Both the position numbers and the translations under genes were made by a program. A stretch of DNA of 61,931 bases, from NCBI RefSeq assembly GCF_001194135.2, contig NC_068985.1, positions 62,800,673 through 62,862,603 of the forward strand, given 5' to 3'. The notes under the pieces are model-generated. The model was given only the letters and a program-made list of their open reading frames with translations. It was not told where the DNA came from and did no database searches. Every line of letters begins with the position of its first letter. Position 1 is the stretch's first letter. Origin of the DNA: Octopus bimaculoides (lineage: Eukaryota). Shown in pieces: positions 60,726 through 61,931 of the stretch.

Positions 60726-61050
60726 ATATAGAGGAATATATTTTACAGTCCACATCATTTGTAGGCTCTTCCAACTTGATAACTGGAAGGAAAACAATGG
60801 TTGTAGCTCTTGAAATGTTGAGATTTATTGAGGTATTCAGTGGTGAGTTTTCAAATGAGAAAAAGAGACGCAGGTGATTTAAGTGGGCTTGTGTAATGCA
60901 GTATGCTGCTGATTAATTCAGAGGAGCAGGAACCATTAAAGTTGTAGTAGCAGAGAGAAAAGAAAAATATGGTGCAGTGTTCTAGTGAGTGTAGAATGTT
61001 GATAAACGGAATTTTTAAAATCAGCTGAATGACTCTGGGGATGGGGAAAA
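60726..61050 (-). mobile_element. CR1/L2-group LINE 3' fragment
   Basis: LHSLEHC..FSLCYYNFNGSCSSEL resembles LSLFYRYYNG.CSSEL; FLPVIKL.KSL.NDV. Confidence 0.55.
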
Positions 61051-61259
61051 GTGGGAGAGGGATAATGTCAAGAAAGATATGATATTCAGTGTGTTTTATC
61101 AACTTATCACTTAAAGACAGTAGGAACTTTAAATATCTAATTGGTTTTAGAAAAGGTGATGTTATCAAGATTACAGTTTTCCAGATAATTATTAATCTCA
61201 TCTTCAGAGTGTATTTTGATATTTATATTGAACATATCATTGTGATAAGTTAAATATAC

Positions 61260-61700
61260 AGTAAATACTGTAATTTTGATGTGCATATGACCTCAATTTG
61301 GATATTAATAAAGGACTCCCATTTTTTCCTTGAACTAAAGGTATTAATGATTTTATTCATTGTGGTTGGCGTTAGGAAGGGCATCCAGCTGTAGAAACTC
61401 TGCCAAATTAGATTGGAGCCTGGTGTTGCCATCCGGTTTCACCAGTCCTCAGTCAAATCGTCCAACCCATGCTAGCATGGAAAGCGGACGTTAAACGATG
61501 ATGATGATGATGCACAAGGATCATTAGACAAATGAATGGAAGTTACAACAAGTAAAAGATGACAATTCCTGAACATCGTAAAGAAACAAAAACTCATCTA
61601 TCATGAAGAAGCAACGGTTTGGAATACATTATCATGGAAGAAAGAGGCAGGCAAAGAACAGAATGGATGGACAACATCAAGAGCTGGTTGAACAAGGCTG
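61260..61700 (+). mobile_element. RTE-type LINE C-terminal fragment interrupted by a SINE
   Basis: FLNIVKKQKL, GLEYIIME, RGRQRTEWMDNIKSW. Confidence 0.65.
61362..61512 (+). mobile_element. Young RTE-tail SINE
   Basis: Near-identical to the reverse complement of 11283-11430; (GAT)n tail. Confidence 0.9.
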
Positions 61701-61879
61701 GCAAGGTGGCTGGAGAATTTGTGCTTAAATGGGAAGACTTTTGTTTTGTCATCAATGTGCTGCAGGTGTACGATGCATGACGTCAATGACATTGTTGAGA
61801 GAATTGATTTTGGCATGATCATGCTTGTTGATTTCTCAGCCCAAGAATTACAGCGTGATGTGCTGCTTGACTGGTCCCC

Positions 61880-61892
61880 CCTCTCTCTCTCT

Positions 61893-61931
<39 letters not shown>
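61880..61931. repeat. (CT)n(TA)n microsatellite
   Basis: Direct reading. Confidence 0.95.

Noticed and set aside
60726-60782. 57-bp phase 1-1 minus-strand exon candidate
   Set aside because: The sequence fits the frameshifted 3' end of the CR1/L2-like remnant (FLPVIKL.KSL.NDV) better.

Overview
AT-rich, repeat-dense animal genomic DNA with three N-gaps. The SINE/RTE repertoire and microsatellites strongly suggest an octopus (coleoid cephalopod); this is inferred, not proven. The only clear host gene is the 3' half of crk (SH2-SH3-SH3 adaptor), with four + strand exons at 2357-5292 and a long, element-poor putative 3' UTR. The rest is nested mobile DNA: RTE LINEs and their (GAT)n-tailed SINE partners, R4/Dong-like RLE LINEs beside (TAA)n, several Penelope-like elements (PLEs), three Tc1 lineages (DD34E, DD36E, DD37E spacing), maT/mariner/Tigger remnants and a Helitron. 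Most notable: (1) a minimal type I hammerhead ribozyme with an intact core at 16404-16446 (-), belonging to a short (TA)n-ending family with degenerate relatives elsewhere in the window; (2) an uninterrupted 535-aa Naiad-type PLE reverse transcriptase ORF with no endonuclease; (3) a Gag/ORF1-only (CCHC knuckle) element that ends in the same 3' terminal motif as the ribozyme family; (4) two long near-perfect inverted repeats. A possible decayed minus-strand gene lies at ~58.4-60.5 kb. Clade names come from remembered motifs, not database searches, and TE boundaries are approximate.
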